IMG/VR virus record: IMGVR_UViG_3300036861_000610 | Location: 1-64,000 of that record | Reading direction: 5' to 3' (one strand) | Length of the DNA stretch: 64,000 nucleotides | From: a virus | Part shown: piece by piece, positions 27,488-36,897 of the stretch | How the letters are laid out: each line of letters starts with the position of its first letter | How positions within the stretch are numbered: the first letter of the stretch is position 1 | Notes under the pieces: generated by a model | Seen by the model: only the letters and a program-made list of their open reading frames with translations | Databases searched by the model: none | What the model was told of the DNA's origin: nothing | Translations under genes and position numbers: made by a program

Positions 27488-28259
27488 CCGTAGCCTCCTT
27501 GTGGCAATCACAGATACAGGGCGCTTGGCAGTACTTACAGGCGGCGGCCTTCTTCTCCGTGCCGTCCCAGCGAACCGCCGTGACCTGGCAGTCGCCATGC
27601 TCGTCGTGTAGGCAGGCGGTCGACAGGTACCTGTGGGTCGTCTTCTCGTCCCGCAGCTCAACGCACCGGGGGCAGCGGCAGTACTTCGTCCTCTTCACCG
27701 CGGCCGAGGCGCCAGCAATCTCCCCGAGTCTCACGATGAAGCGGTTGATCTCGCTCACGTCCCGCTCCGTCGGATTCTCCTCATCCTCGACGTGCAAGTT
27801 CGGGAGGTAGAAGACGTTCGGGTTGACTTCGGCTAGCTCGGCCGCCCAGGCTGGATCCGGCACTGTCACCGCATCGGCCAGAGCCAGATTGGCCAGGACC
27901 AGGTCCCGATTCTCGATCAGCTTGAACATGTCATCGGGGTTCTTCGTGAACGCCCGGTCGAGTCGCATGACCGGAAAGTGGCAGTCCATAATCACCGAGC
28001 AACAGGTTTCCTTCAATGGCGCCAGCATCGAGGCAACGTCAACGTCGACCTGGGCGAAGGTGAACAGGTAGGTCCACGGACGCACCACCTCGAACGAGCC
28101 CGAGCTGACAATTTCGTGAACCCGCATCCCGACCTGGGCCATAGCCTCGAAGGCCGACTTTCCGCGCAGGCGTGCGATGTCAAGATCTACCTCGGAGCCG
28201 ATCTGGTACACCCATTTCGGGTACAACTCGGGGTTGTCAATGAGTTGCTCGACGTTCAC
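27474..28259 (-). CDS. Hypothetical protein (glycosyltransferase-like N-part plus Cys/His C-terminal module)
   Basis: ADAVTVP...NVFYLPN; YLSTACLH..C..CKYC..CICDCH. Confidence 0.5.
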   Translation of the reverse strand: MNVEQLIDNPELYPKWVYQIGSEVDLDIARLRGKSAFEAMAQVGMRVHEIVSSGSFEVVRPWTYLFTFAQVDVDVASMLAPLKETCCSVIMDCHFPVMRLDRAFTKNPDDMFKLIENRDLVLANLALADAVTVPDPAWAAELAEVNPNVFYLPNLHVEDEENPTERDVSEINRFIVRLGEIAGASAAVKRTKYCRCPRCVELRDEKTTHRYLSTACLHDEHGDCQVTAVRWDGTEKKAAACKYCQAPCICDCHKEATDATS

Positions 28260-28894
28260 TGGCCTCCGTCCTTCTTCTCCTTCAAGGCAACCTCGATTTC
28301 GGTAAGGTAGTTTTCAAGCATCCAGGTGACCAGGTCAGTGACGCGTTGGCCTATTGCCTGAGGTTTGGTCCAAAGCTCAAGATTTTCCAGCCGGTTGTCG
28401 TCCCTTATTCCGTTCCTGTGGTGAACGTTTTCGAAGCGCTTGAGTTCACGGCCAAGGTGTTCTTCCATAATGACCCTGTGCGCCAATCGCTGGCGCCCTC
28501 CGATGCTTAATACCTTGTACCCGTAAGCATTTTGGTGTCCAGTTCCGTAGGCCACTCTGAACGACTCAGCTGGTCCAGTATTTCCATGATTCAGCAATCT
28601 TGAATAGTGCATTTGACAAAGGTCCCTGTTTCGAATCAACCTTTTACACCCAGAGATACTGCACTTTTTTGCATACTCTTTGCGTCTGGCTTCATAGTGA
28701 CGCTTACAAACTCCTTTAGACCTTCTCTGCCTCTGGCACCCAGGTTCTTCGCAAGGAAGACCAATTGCTGGCTCTGGGTGTGGAAGCGTCATATCGGTGC
28801 CATTACGCCAGCGTAAATAGTGCGCATTGCAATAGTTCCTGGCATGCACTGGTCGATGACAGGTCTCAATTTGACATTCAAGATCACGTTTCAT
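28256..28894 (-). CDS. HNH homing endonuclease
   Basis: Three Cx4C..C.xHY repeats; HRVIMEEHLGR..VHHRNG.RDDNRLENL; lower GC than flanks. Confidence 0.9.
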   Translation of the reverse strand: MKRDLECQIETCHRPVHARNYCNAHYLRWRNGTDMTLPHPEPAIGLPCEEPGCQRQRRSKGVCKRHYEARRKEYAKKCSISGCKRLIRNRDLCQMHYSRLLNHGNTGPAESFRVAYGTGHQNAYGYKVLSIGGRQRLAHRVIMEEHLGRELKRFENVHHRNGIRDDNRLENLELWTKPQAIGQRVTDLVTWMLENYLTEIEVALKEKKDGGQ

Positions 28895-29661
28895 CGCCCC
28901 GAGCATCCCTCCAGGTCGGCGGACGCATCAATAGACTTGTCGGCCCGATAGAACGGGCACCACACACAGGAGTCACCCGGAGCCGCCTCGATCTGCTGGT
29001 ACCTATGCGGATTTTCCTCAATCTGGAGGTCCATCAGCCGGTCAGCCAGGGTGTACATCCGGGCTAGGGCATCCAGGGCCATCTGCCGGTCGTAGGGTTC
29101 GACCCACACGTAACAGTCGTCGAGCCAGCCGCTGCGGGCGTAGAAAACCAGGGCAACGTCGTTCACCTTGCGGCCGGCGCGCTCGTGGCCGAGGCCGTAC
29201 ACCTGGATCTGCACCCGGTAGCCGTGGGGGATGGTGCCCTTTTTGACCTTGCGCATTCCATCGACGCCCGTGGTTTTATGGTCAATCACTGTACCCGTAC
29301 GGGTGTTGAAAAGGTCTGAGCGACCTTTCACCAAGGGGTCAGGGTAGACGCGTGTCTCGGTGAGGTAGCCCAGGTCGCCGACCACGTTCTGGTAGCGGTT
29401 GATCGCCTTGTCGAGCCAGTCATGGATGCTCGTGCCAACGATCGCTGGCCATGGATCCGAGCCCAGGTTGACTGGAGTAGCCCCGGCGATGCGGTAGGCC
29501 AAGCGCCGGTCGCACTCGGTACCAAGCTCAGAAGGGCCAACAGAGACTTGCCGAGACCGCGGAGCTTCGCGTTCGTTCCACAGGATGATCTGGGACAGCT
29601 CGTGCTTGAGCGCAAGAGCGGCCGGGCTAGGCCCGGACAGCTTGGCAAACTCGTCAGCCAC
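28891..29661 (-). CDS. Cas4/RecB-like PD-(D/E)xK exonuclease
   Basis: GPSE..C.RR, GTSIH, D...DHKT, QIQVYG, C-terminal CVWCPF...C. Confidence 0.85.
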   Translation of the reverse strand: MADEFAKLSGPSPAALALKHELSQIILWNEREAPRSRQVSVGPSELGTECDRRLAYRIAGATPVNLGSDPWPAIVGTSIHDWLDKAINRYQNVVGDLGYLTETRVYPDPLVKGRSDLFNTRTGTVIDHKTTGVDGMRKVKKGTIPHGYRVQIQVYGLGHERAGRKVNDVALVFYARSGWLDDCYVWVEPYDRQMALDALARMYTLADRLMDLQIEENPHRYQQIEAAPGDSCVWCPFYRADKSIDASADLEGCSGR

Positions 29662-29780
29662 CAGCACACTCCTTGATCGGTGCTGGAACCTTAGCGTCGA
29701 CCTGTGACAAAAAGAGGCGGCCCACCGGAGTGGACCGCCAAATTCTTGCAAAAATCCTTAGCTGGAGGACTCACCCCTCC

Positions 29781-29921
29781 TCAGTCGCCGCTGCCGTTGC
29801 CCCTCCTCCTCAGCTTCTCCAGCTCCGCCTTCCGGCGCTCAGCCTCGATCGCAGCGTCACGCTTCTGGTTGGCGGCCTCGTTGATGGCTCGCTTCTCTTC
29901 TTCGGTAGCCACTGCTTCCAT
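29781..29921 (-). CDS. Short charged helical peptide
   Basis: MEAVATEEEKRAINEAANQKRDAAIEAERRKAELEKLRRR; SD AAAGG. Confidence 0.55.
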   Translation of the reverse strand: MEAVATEEEKRAINEAANQKRDAAIEAERRKAELEKLRRRGNGSGD

Positions 29922-29938
29922 GTTCCTTTCGTCCTGGT

Positions 29939-30112
29939 TCAGCGTTGGAGCCCTGAACCACCGCAGTCGTAGCACTGTCCGCCACCCCTGCCGTTGCAGG
30001 TTCGACATGTCTGCATGACGCCGTCGATCTTCTCCTGGCCAGTCGTATTGCAAGTCCCACACGGAATTTTGCCGTAACCCTTGCATCGTCGACAGAGTTC
30101 GCCCTTGGCCAT
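29939..30112 (-). CDS. DnaJ-type zinc-ribbon microprotein (ZnF-9)
   Basis: CRRCKGYG..CGTCNTTG..CRTCNGRG..CYDCGGSG. Confidence 0.8.
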   Translation of the reverse strand: MAKGELCRRCKGYGKIPCGTCNTTGQEKIDGVMQTCRTCNGRGGGQCYDCGGSGLQR

Positions 30113-30133
30113 CTTGTCCCTTCCTTCAAGACC

Positions 30134-30183
30134 GAACGCCCCCGCCTCGGTGCCAGGACACATCATGGGAGGCGGGGACGTTC
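30134..30183. terminator. GC-rich hairpin, probable terminator
   Basis: GAACGCCCCGCCTC...GAGGCGGGGACGTTC inverted repeat. Confidence 0.5.
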
Positions 30184-30222
30184 AGTGGCCGCTTGGAGCG
30201 CTGGATGTGACCCAGCTACGGC

Positions 30223-31317
30223 CTAGTCGCTGTCGATCTCCTCGACGGCCGCCGCGGCGGTCGCGTCCAGTGTCCAGTCCGGCAGGCGGGTCCGGGTCGA
30301 GCGGAGCTGGGTGTTGTACCGGGCGATGATGGCCCGGATCAGGTTGACCCCGATCCGGCCGCCGCGCACCGACTTGATCGTCTTGGCGTGCCCGACCAGA
30401 TCGGCAGTGCCGCCGCCGTTCTTCGCCAGCTTGACGTACAGGTTGTCGACGTCGATGCGGGTGCCGTGGTGGTCGTAGAGCCAGTAGAAGGCCTCCACGA
30501 CCTTGGCGTCGTAGGCGCTGCCGCTGGTGTCGTTGCCGTAGATCCGCTTGGTCTGCTCCAACGCCCAGCGCAGGATGAAGGCCCCGTTGTTGCGGGCCAC
30601 CAGCCGCCGGGACGACGTTGCACCCGAGTACCCCCGGCTGGTTCCGAACTGGATGTCCAGATCGTCGAGGATCTTCTGCACCGCCAGGGCGCCGGGGTCC
30701 TCCTCGATGAGGGCGATCCGGAACAGGTCGATCGGCTGGACCGACTTGCGGTAGTTCAGCAGCCGGAACAGCTTGGCCTCGTCGCGGCGGGTCAGGTTGT
30801 GGTGCACGTCCGCGCGAACCTTGCCGTTGAAGCCGGCCTTCAGTGCGCCGGCCCGTCGCTGCTGCCCGTCAATGATCACGTAGACCGTGTTCCCGTCGGG
30901 GCCGATGCGGGCGGACAGGGTCACAGTACCCAGTGCCACAGGATCGAATTGCCTGGCGATGGCGTTGACCTCGGCGACGTTCTGTGGGCGCTGCATCCGC
31001 GGATCGATGATCATGTCGTCCAGGTTCACCCAGCCAAACTCGCGCCGGTGACCCTCGCCTTCGGCGATGAAGGCCGTGCTGCTTTCCTCACGCTCCTTCT
31101 CCGCCACCGAGACGGAGCCGTCATCGGCGGCCAGAGCATCGGACTCCTGAGTCAGGATGGCAGGGGCAGGGGCAGTGGTGTGGCGGGTGGCCTCGGCAGC
31201 CTGTCGAACTTTGTAGGCGGTGGAGGCGGCGGCGCGGCGATGAGTACCGGCCCCCTCGGTGCCGTCCTTGGTCGGTCCCGCGGGGGACTTGAACTCAGGT
31301 GCTGCGGGTGGTGTCAT
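30223..31317 (-). CDS. ParB/Srx-fold (DGQxR) protein
   Basis: IDPRMQR...YVIIDGQQR...EAKLFRLLN. Confidence 0.8.
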   Translation of the reverse strand: MTPPAAPEFKSPAGPTKDGTEGAGTHRRAAASTAYKVRQAAEATRHTTAPAPAILTQESDALAADDGSVSVAEKEREESSTAFIAEGEGHRREFGWVNLDDMIIDPRMQRPQNVAEVNAIARQFDPVALGTVTLSARIGPDGNTVYVIIDGQQRRAGALKAGFNGKVRADVHHNLTRRDEAKLFRLLNYRKSVQPIDLFRIALIEEDPGALAVQKILDDLDIQFGTSRGYSGATSSRRLVARNNGAFILRWALEQTKRIYGNDTSGSAYDAKVVEAFYWLYDHHGTRIDVDNLYVKLAKNGGGTADLVGHAKTIKSVRGGRIGVNLIRAIIARYNTQLRSTRTRLPDWTLDATAAAAVEEIDSD

Positions 31318-32381
31318 GAACTCTCCTCCAGGTTGTCTGCGAACGCTCTTATCGTTCTGACCAGACGATTGATTTGGTTCACAGCCAGCCTGATGTCTCG
31401 GGCAGCTGTTCTTGCGTCACCGGTGCGCACACTGGGGCGAAGGTGTGTGTACGCGTCGGCTTCGACGCCCAGGCCAACGAGCACTTGGGTCAGTCGAGTC
31501 AATGTTTGTGCATCCAACTCGCGGCCAACCGCCTGAGCGTTGGCCGCTGCTGCTGCCTTGCGCTCTTTGAGCGTGGGGTCGCCGACCCTACGCTTGGCGC
31601 GACCCGTCTTGAGTACCTCCAGGTCCTTGCCGGCCTTGATCCAGTTCAGCTTCCTGAGCAGGGTATGGAGGCCTCCCTCCAGTCCGTCACCCTCCAACCG
31701 CAGGGCCTCTTCTCGCAACTGTTCGGCGCGGCGTGGCACTGCCTTTTCAGCCGCTGCCCCGCCCTCCCGCCGAGCTGACTTCCGGTCAGCTTCCTCCTGG
31801 GCTTGGATACGGTCCAAAGCCCAGTACAGTTCTCGAACGCTCTTGAGGTCAGAGCGGCGCCAACCCAGCGCATCGGCCGCCTCAGCGGTGTAGTCGGTCT
31901 CTGCCGTCTTCCGACCAGTGCTGTGCTCACCTCTGGCCCGTCGCTCGGCAGCGGCGGCACGGGTCGCCCGTCCCCGCTCCAGCCGCCGTCGGCGATACAG
32001 CAGATCCAGGGGGCCGGCAACCAGATCCACGATCTCGGCCCACGTCATGGGGTCGTGGATGGCGCCGTTGGCCTCCAGCTTTCGAGCGTTTTCCAGGTAC
32101 TGCGTCACCACGTTCCAGTCGGTGGTAACTACGACGGGAACTTCGCGCCAGCCGAGCCGTTCGGCTCGCAGGAAGCGTCGGGCGCCGTCAGCAACGACCA
32201 GTTCGGTTGTCAACAGGATCGGCAGCTGCATTCCGTTGTCTCGTAACGACTGCAGCAGTTCGTCGTCGTCGCTCGTAGGTTCGGCGTCACGCCGCACCCA
32301 CGACAGGTTCGTGTCACGGATCTGCTTGACGGGCAGCCGGACATCGGTTGATTGGAAGTCCAAAACGGTGCTCCACTTCAT
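31314..32381 (-). CDS. ParB N-terminal domain protein
   Basis: LLQSLRDNGMQLPILL...VADGARRF.AA..LGW..VPV. Confidence 0.8.
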   Translation of the reverse strand: MKWSTVLDFQSTDVRLPVKQIRDTNLSWVRRDAEPTSDDDELLQSLRDNGMQLPILLTTELVVADGARRFLRAERLGWREVPVVVTTDWNVVTQYLENARKLEANGAIHDPMTWAEIVDLVAGPLDLLYRRRRLERGRATRAAAAERRARGEHSTGRKTAETDYTAEAADALGWRRSDLKSVRELYWALDRIQAQEEADRKSARREGGAAAEKAVPRRAEQLREEALRLEGDGLEGGLHTLLRKLNWIKAGKDLEVLKTGRAKRRVGDPTLKERKAAAAANAQAVGRELDAQTLTRLTQVLVGLGVEADAYTHLRPSVRTGDARTAARDIRLAVNQINRLVRTIRAFADNLEESS

Positions 32382-32398
32382 CGTTCTGATAGGACCCG

Positions 32399-32428
32399 AA
32401 GCTACAGGGGTAGGTAGGGGTATGTCAA
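32399..32428 (-). promoter_or_regulatory. Putative promoter of the ParB/replication operon
   Basis: TTGACA-TACCCCTACCTACCCCTG-TAGCTT. Confidence 0.65.
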
Positions 32429-32556
32429 GCAGAAAGTAGAGGGGGTCTGGGGAAACCTCTATTTACGATAAAAAATCGGCGAGATACCAGGGCCAAGGAA
32501 GCGGGGGCGGAGACCTGGCCCCCCAGGCCTCCGCCCCCGGGGTGGAGAGTAAAGCT

Positions 32557-32958
32557 TCAATCCCACCAGTCCAGCTGGCAGATTCGACGACCGTCGGGCT
32601 CCACAGCCTCAACATCACCGGTGCCACGGAACTCCTGCAGCGCCTTCGCGCAGAAGTCCCTGATCTCCCGCCGGTTGGGGCCGTGGAAGTAGACGCGACG
32701 GTCGTAGGACCCCGGAGGTCTGGTGTAGTACTTCCGATCCCACCCGTCCGGCTCCCAAGTGCACAGATGCAGCCGCCAGCTCCGGGACACCGGAGCCAGC
32801 CGCCGGACCTCGTCCGGCAGAGTGCAGTGATAATCGGGACCGTTACGACGCCGCCAAAGGCCACCCTCGTGAGGGGGAATGTTGGGGCAGTTCATGTGTG
32901 AAGGAACGTAGAACTCTGCTCTCACCCAGTGAGGGCAGTCTTTGTCTGTACGAGACAT
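32557..32958 (-). CDS. Hypothetical protein (MSRTD family)
   Basis: SD AAGGAG; N-terminus like 51570 ORF. Confidence 0.7.
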   Translation of the reverse strand: MSRTDKDCPHWVRAEFYVPSHMNCPNIPPHEGGLWRRRNGPDYHCTLPDEVRRLAPVSRSWRLHLCTWEPDGWDRKYYTRPPGSYDRRVYFHGPNRREIRDFCAKALQEFRGTGDVEAVEPDGRRICQLDWWD

Positions 32959-33142
32959 GCGCACGGCTCCTTGGCCGTGCCGGACCATCCGGCACCTATA
33001 AGCGCATGGCTGCCTCCTCTGGTTACAAGATTTTTGAGGGGGACGCAGGTCCGTCTCCCCTAGCCCCAGGGCGGACCCAGGCTGGGATCATGAACGGCCT
33101 TCACCTCAGGTGAAACGAGCAAAGGTGTTGACGTCCCCGCAG

Positions 33143-33215
33143 TACCCCCACCCGGATTCGAACCGGGAACCTACGCGTTAGGACCGCGCCGCTCTATCCC
33201 TTGAGCTATGGGGGC
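33143..33215 (-). tRNA. tRNA-Arg(CCT)
   Basis: Cloverleaf; anticodon loop GT-CCT-AA. Confidence 0.85.
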
Positions 33216-33564
33216 ACGTGCAAAAACCCCGTGGCAGGTTCGTCGGCTTCACTGGTGGTTAACCTCTGCCTCCCCTACCACGGGGCCCTTGCGCCCAACC
33301 CCTCCCGCCTGCTGCTGCACTTGGGAAAGCTAACGGGCCCTGATGCCCTCCGGCGGAACCCATACCGGTCGGTAAGCGCTGACTGGGGAGAGGAGGCCCT
33401 GCGGGGACCAGACCCATTGCCAGAACTTTGGGACTTTTTTGGAGCGGGAGGCGCCGGCACCGCAGGCCGGGGGACCACGCGGAGGGCAGCACCCCCACTC
33501 CACAGACAAGATACAGCCAAAGACTGCCTCCTGTCTGCCCTTCTTCACTTGTCACTCTGGTGCG

Positions 33565-33702
33565 TGGGGAAGGGAGGGTTCGAACCTCCAGGCTCACGGC
33601 TGGCTTTCGCCCGCTTGCCAACGCCCTGTATTGCAGGTGCCGCCCGGTCGTCACCGGTCCTGCAAGAGGGGCGCCCCCAGTTCCATCTCCGGGACCTTCC
33701 TC
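33565..33702 (-). ncRNA. tRNA-like RNA with expanded anticodon and variable arms
   Basis: Acceptor GAGGAAG/CTTCCCC-A; D arm CCCGG/CTGGG; T arm GGAGG-TTCGAAC-CCTCC; ~40-nt structured insert in the anticodon stem. Confidence 0.55.
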
Positions 33703-33778
33703 TCGTGGTGTGGCCCCGTCCCGTCCAGAACGAGGCCACCTTTGCGTGCGAATCAGCTGTGGAGCCAGATCGCCTGCG

Positions 33779-33860
33779 TGCCCCAGTGGGTGGAATCGGA
33801 CCACCACAGCGACAGAGGAGTTGATCCCTCTGCCCTACCGCCTTGAACCTGACGCGGGGC
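33779..33860 (-). ncRNA. Aberrant tRNA-like RNA
   Basis: GCCCC/GGGGC-A acceptor; T arm GGTGG-TCCGATT-CCACC; 8-9 bp central hairpin. Confidence 0.4.
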
Positions 33861-33935
33861 CTCATTGTCGCGGTCCGGCCGAGGGGGTTGCCCCCGGCCC
33901 TTCCGCTGCAATGCTCTTGCTTGGTGCTGAGAACA

Positions 33936-33964
33936 ACCATACACACCCCCACGTGGGGGCGCAA
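33936..33964 (-). promoter_or_regulatory. Putative promoter with palindromic spacer
   Basis: TTGCGC-CCCCACGTGGGGGTGTG-TATGGT (17-nt spacer). Confidence 0.6.
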
Positions 33965-34017
33965 GTCTTCTTCTCAAGATTCTTTTCGGAATCGGACATT
34001 TGATCTAAGATCATGAA

Positions 34018-35454
34018 ATGGGGTTATCTCTCCAGGACCGCGTCGCCATGCTGCCGGCCGAGGACCGCAACGCATGGCTTGCTGAGCTGCCCGACTACCT
34101 CATCGAAGAGATGGAGCGCGGCGAATGGTGGTGGGTCTCACGCCCAGAACAGGTACCTCCGCCAGGCAACTGGTTCGTGTGCCTCGCACTCGCCGGCCGC
34201 GGCTGGGGGAAGTCTCGAAGCGGCAGTGAATGGATCGTCAACCAGGTCCTAAGGCATCCATTCGACAGCAGTGGAACCCCCACCGAGTGGCTCGTTATCG
34301 CTGAGACTCTGTCTGACGCCCGGACGATCTGCATGGAAGGTCCCGCCGGCATTCTGCGAGTACTGGAACGACGTAAAATCAAGCACCGTTACAAGATGAG
34401 TCCACGCCCTATGATCCTGTTCCCGGACGGGGCGAAGATCTACACCGAAGGGGCTGACGACCCTGACGTAGGGCGCGGATACAACTCGTCCGGCGCCTGG
34501 TTGGACGAATGCGTGAAATGGAAATACCCAAAGAAGTCTTGGTTCGAGGGCATTATGCCTTCGTTGCGGGCAGACCTTGTTGGGGATCATCCAAGGGCAT
34601 TCGTTACCACTACGCCTAAGCCAATCGATCTTCTTCAGGAGTGGCTCAAACGAGACGACGGAACCGTTCACTTAATGCGTGGTTCCACCTTTGAAAATGC
34701 GTCCAACCTGTCTCAGCTTGTTATCGACGAACTGCGTAAACGCTATGAAGGCACCGACATTGGCCGCCAAGAACTTCATGGTGAAATGATCGAAGGCTAC
34801 GAAGGTGCACTCTTCAAGCGCATTGACATCATTAACAACAGGCTGGCCGAGGCCCCAGAATTAGTCAACATCGTCGTTGGCGTTGACCCGTCACTCACTG
34901 GCGAGGACGATGAGATGGGTATTGTTGTTGTCGGTCGCGACCGCGACAACCACATGTATGTCCTTGAAGATGCTTCTCTCATGGGTGTTGGTCGTTCGGC
35001 CGCCCTGGAAGCGTGGCGTGTGGTGGCACGCTGGGGTGCCGACAAGCTTATTTGTGAGGTAAACCTCGGCAAGCGGTGGATGCAACAGGTCTTCAACGAC
35101 GCGTATTACGAACTTGTTGGTCAACAGATATTTGAGAAAAACACCAAGCCACCGCTACTCGGCATCGACACGAAGATCGGCAAAAAGACCCGCGGTGAAC
35201 CCGTGGCTATGCGCAACGAGCAGGGCAGATTGCACCACATCGGCATCTTCCCGGAGCTGGAGGACCAGATGGCTACCTTCACCAGCTGGGGAACTTCAGA
35301 TTCACCCGACCGTCTCGACGCCCTGGTCCACGCCTGCCGCTTTCTGATCGACGGAGAAAAGAAGCAAGCAAGAATCTCCTCCCCCCAGGATGTTCTTTCC
35401 ACCACACTGCAGTCGTTGCTGGCCGAGGCAGGAAGCTATCGCGCCGACTTCTAG
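34018..35454 (+). CDS. terL: Terminase large subunit
   Basis: Walker A AGRGWGKS; Walker B WLDE; TTTP; nuclease VGVDP...DRLDA. Confidence 0.93.
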   Translation: MGLSLQDRVAMLPAEDRNAWLAELPDYLIEEMERGEWWWVSRPEQVPPPGNWFVCLALAGRGWGKSRSGSEWIVNQVLRHPFDSSGTPTEWLVIAETLSDARTICMEGPAGILRVLERRKIKHRYKMSPRPMILFPDGAKIYTEGADDPDVGRGYNSSGAWLDECVKWKYPKKSWFEGIMPSLRADLVGDHPRAFVTTTPKPIDLLQEWLKRDDGTVHLMRGSTFENASNLSQLVIDELRKRYEGTDIGRQELHGEMIEGYEGALFKRIDIINNRLAEAPELVNIVVGVDPSLTGEDDEMGIVVVGRDRDNHMYVLEDASLMGVGRSAALEAWRVVARWGADKLICEVNLGKRWMQQVFNDAYYELVGQQIFEKNTKPPLLGIDTKIGKKTRGEPVAMRNEQGRLHHIGIFPELEDQMATFTSWGTSDSPDRLDALVHACRFLIDGEKKQARISSPQDVLSTTLQSLLAEAGSYRADF

Positions 35455-35617
35455 TTGTTTGTTCAAAATCCGCAACGGGTATGCAAAGATCAGACAAAGC
35501 CCAGCCCAAGGAGCGCCCAGCATGTGTCAGTGCCACTGCGCACCACCACCGGGGCCCGACGGCACCCTCAACGCCTTCACTCTCATCCTGATCACCCTCA
35601 ACCGCATGGAGGAAACA

Positions 35618-35923
35618 ATGGCCACCGTTCTTGAGAACCTTGCCGCCGTCCAGGCCAAGGCCGACGCCCAGGGCACCGCCCTGCAGGCCCTTGCCGCCGC
35701 GTTTGCGGACCTGGCCGCAGACGTCCGTGCAGCCCTTGCCGCCGCCGCTGACCCCAGCGTCGACGAGCAGGCCGCGCTCGACACCTTCAACACCACCCTG
35801 GACGCAACCGCCGCCGCTGCCGCTGAGGCGCTGGCCGCTGTGGCCGCCCTGGACACCGAGGTCGGCGACGCTGACGGCTCCGACGCTCCCGCGGCGCCGG
35901 GCCCCGAGGGTCCCGTCGTCTAA
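35618..35923 (+). CDS. Ala/Asp-rich helical hypothetical protein
   Basis: SD GGAGG. Confidence 0.7.
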   Translation: MATVLENLAAVQAKADAQGTALQALAAAFADLAADVRAALAAAADPSVDEQAALDTFNTTLDATAAAAAEALAAVAALDTEVGDADGSDAPAAPGPEGPVV

Positions 35924-35931
35924 AGCTCAAC

Positions 35932-35970
35932 GCGAAGACCCCCAAGCCTTCATGGCTTGGGGGTCTTCGC
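35932..35970. terminator. Terminator between converging operons
   Basis: GCGAAGACCCCCAAGC / GCTTGGGGGTCTTCGC followed by TTT. Confidence 0.75.
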
Positions 35971-35971
35971 T

Positions 35972-36547
35972 TTACGATGCGCTGACCCCACGCAGCAGGT
36001 GAGGAAGCAGCCGTACGTACATCACGTGCACCTGGGCGTCGGTAACGTCGACCAGCTGGTTGATCGTCAACCAGACCGTGTCACCTTCAGCCTCGATCCT
36101 GTTGGTGCCACGCCCTGGGCCGGCTGGCTCGATGCCGGTCAGGTCTACCGCGAACAGCGAATACACCGTGTCCGCGGCCTTGATGCCCCGACATGTCCCC
36201 AACGCCAGCATCCGAGTGGGGGCTACGAAACCTGACTCTTCGTACAGCTCCCGAAGAGCATCAACCTCAGGGTCCTCGCTCTCGGTAAGGCCGGTGATGG
36301 CGCACAGCGCGGGGGCGTCGATGTCCCAGCTGGGCACGATTTCTCGACGGACCAGGAACTGATAGCCGTACACCGACTGCCGAAATGGCAACACAGCCAC
36401 GATCTTGCCGTTGGAGTACGTTTCGTGAAGGTAGATGAACTCCTGTCGACCAAATCGCGGCGCCGACACACTGTGCAGGCTCCGCCATCGAGTTCGGTGC
36501 AGGACCTTCACTCGATTACGAGGCTTCCTCCGAAAGATAAATTTCAT
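35972..36547 (-). CDS. Nudix hydrolase
   Basis: Nudix-box-like GLTESEDPEVDALRELYEESG. Confidence 0.8.
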   Translation of the reverse strand: MKFIFRRKPRNRVKVLHRTRWRSLHSVSAPRFGRQEFIYLHETYSNGKIVAVLPFRQSVYGYQFLVRREIVPSWDIDAPALCAITGLTESEDPEVDALRELYEESGFVAPTRMLALGTCRGIKAADTVYSLFAVDLTGIEPAGPGRGTNRIEAEGDTVWLTINQLVDVTDAQVHVMYVRLLPHLLRGVSAS

Positions 36548-36663
36548 ATGGATCTATTCCCTTCTAGTAGTCAAACGGTCCCTTTGGCCAGTACACCAGG
36601 ACGAACGCGAGGGCGAACAGGTCGACGGTCAAGCACCCGGCCAGGATCAGCCAGCCGGCGGTT

Positions 36664-36870
36664 TCACCTATCACTGGACGTTTCTCCCTGGGGCTCGTCG
36701 GGCAGTGTGTCAACGTACTTAGCCTTGGTTCGCCAGCAGCTGCCACACTCGCTGCATCGAATCGCCGAATACGCCGATGGGGTGCGGTGGCCGCCGTTGA
36801 ACGCCGAGTAGTTGGCTCTTCGGACCTGGACGTACCACCGTGGACGATGTTCCGGAACGCGACAGACCAT
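36664..36870 (-). CDS. Small zinc-binding hypothetical protein
   Basis: SD AAGGAG; SAFNG..TPS.YS..RCSECG..WRT. Confidence 0.7.
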   Translation of the reverse strand: MVCRVPEHRPRWYVQVRRANYSAFNGGHRTPSAYSAIRCSECGSCWRTKAKYVDTLPDEPQGETSSDR

Positions 36871-36897
36871 AACTGCTCCTTCAGGTCTTGTAGATGA

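Noticed and set aside
28891-29661. Cas4 as evidence of a CRISPR-Cas system
   Set aside because: It is a solo Cas4/RecB-like exonuclease in a replication module, which is common in actinophages.
33779-33860. Selenocysteine or opal suppressor tRNA (TCA in the loop)
   Set aside because: The loop is 6 or 8 nt without U33, the D arm is poor and there is no long variable arm; kept only as tRNA-like.
33201-34003. ORFs of 130-207 aa across the 33-kb intergenic island
   Set aside because: They overlap tRNA-like structures in multiple frames, and have low-complexity Pro/Arg/Gly composition and no SD.
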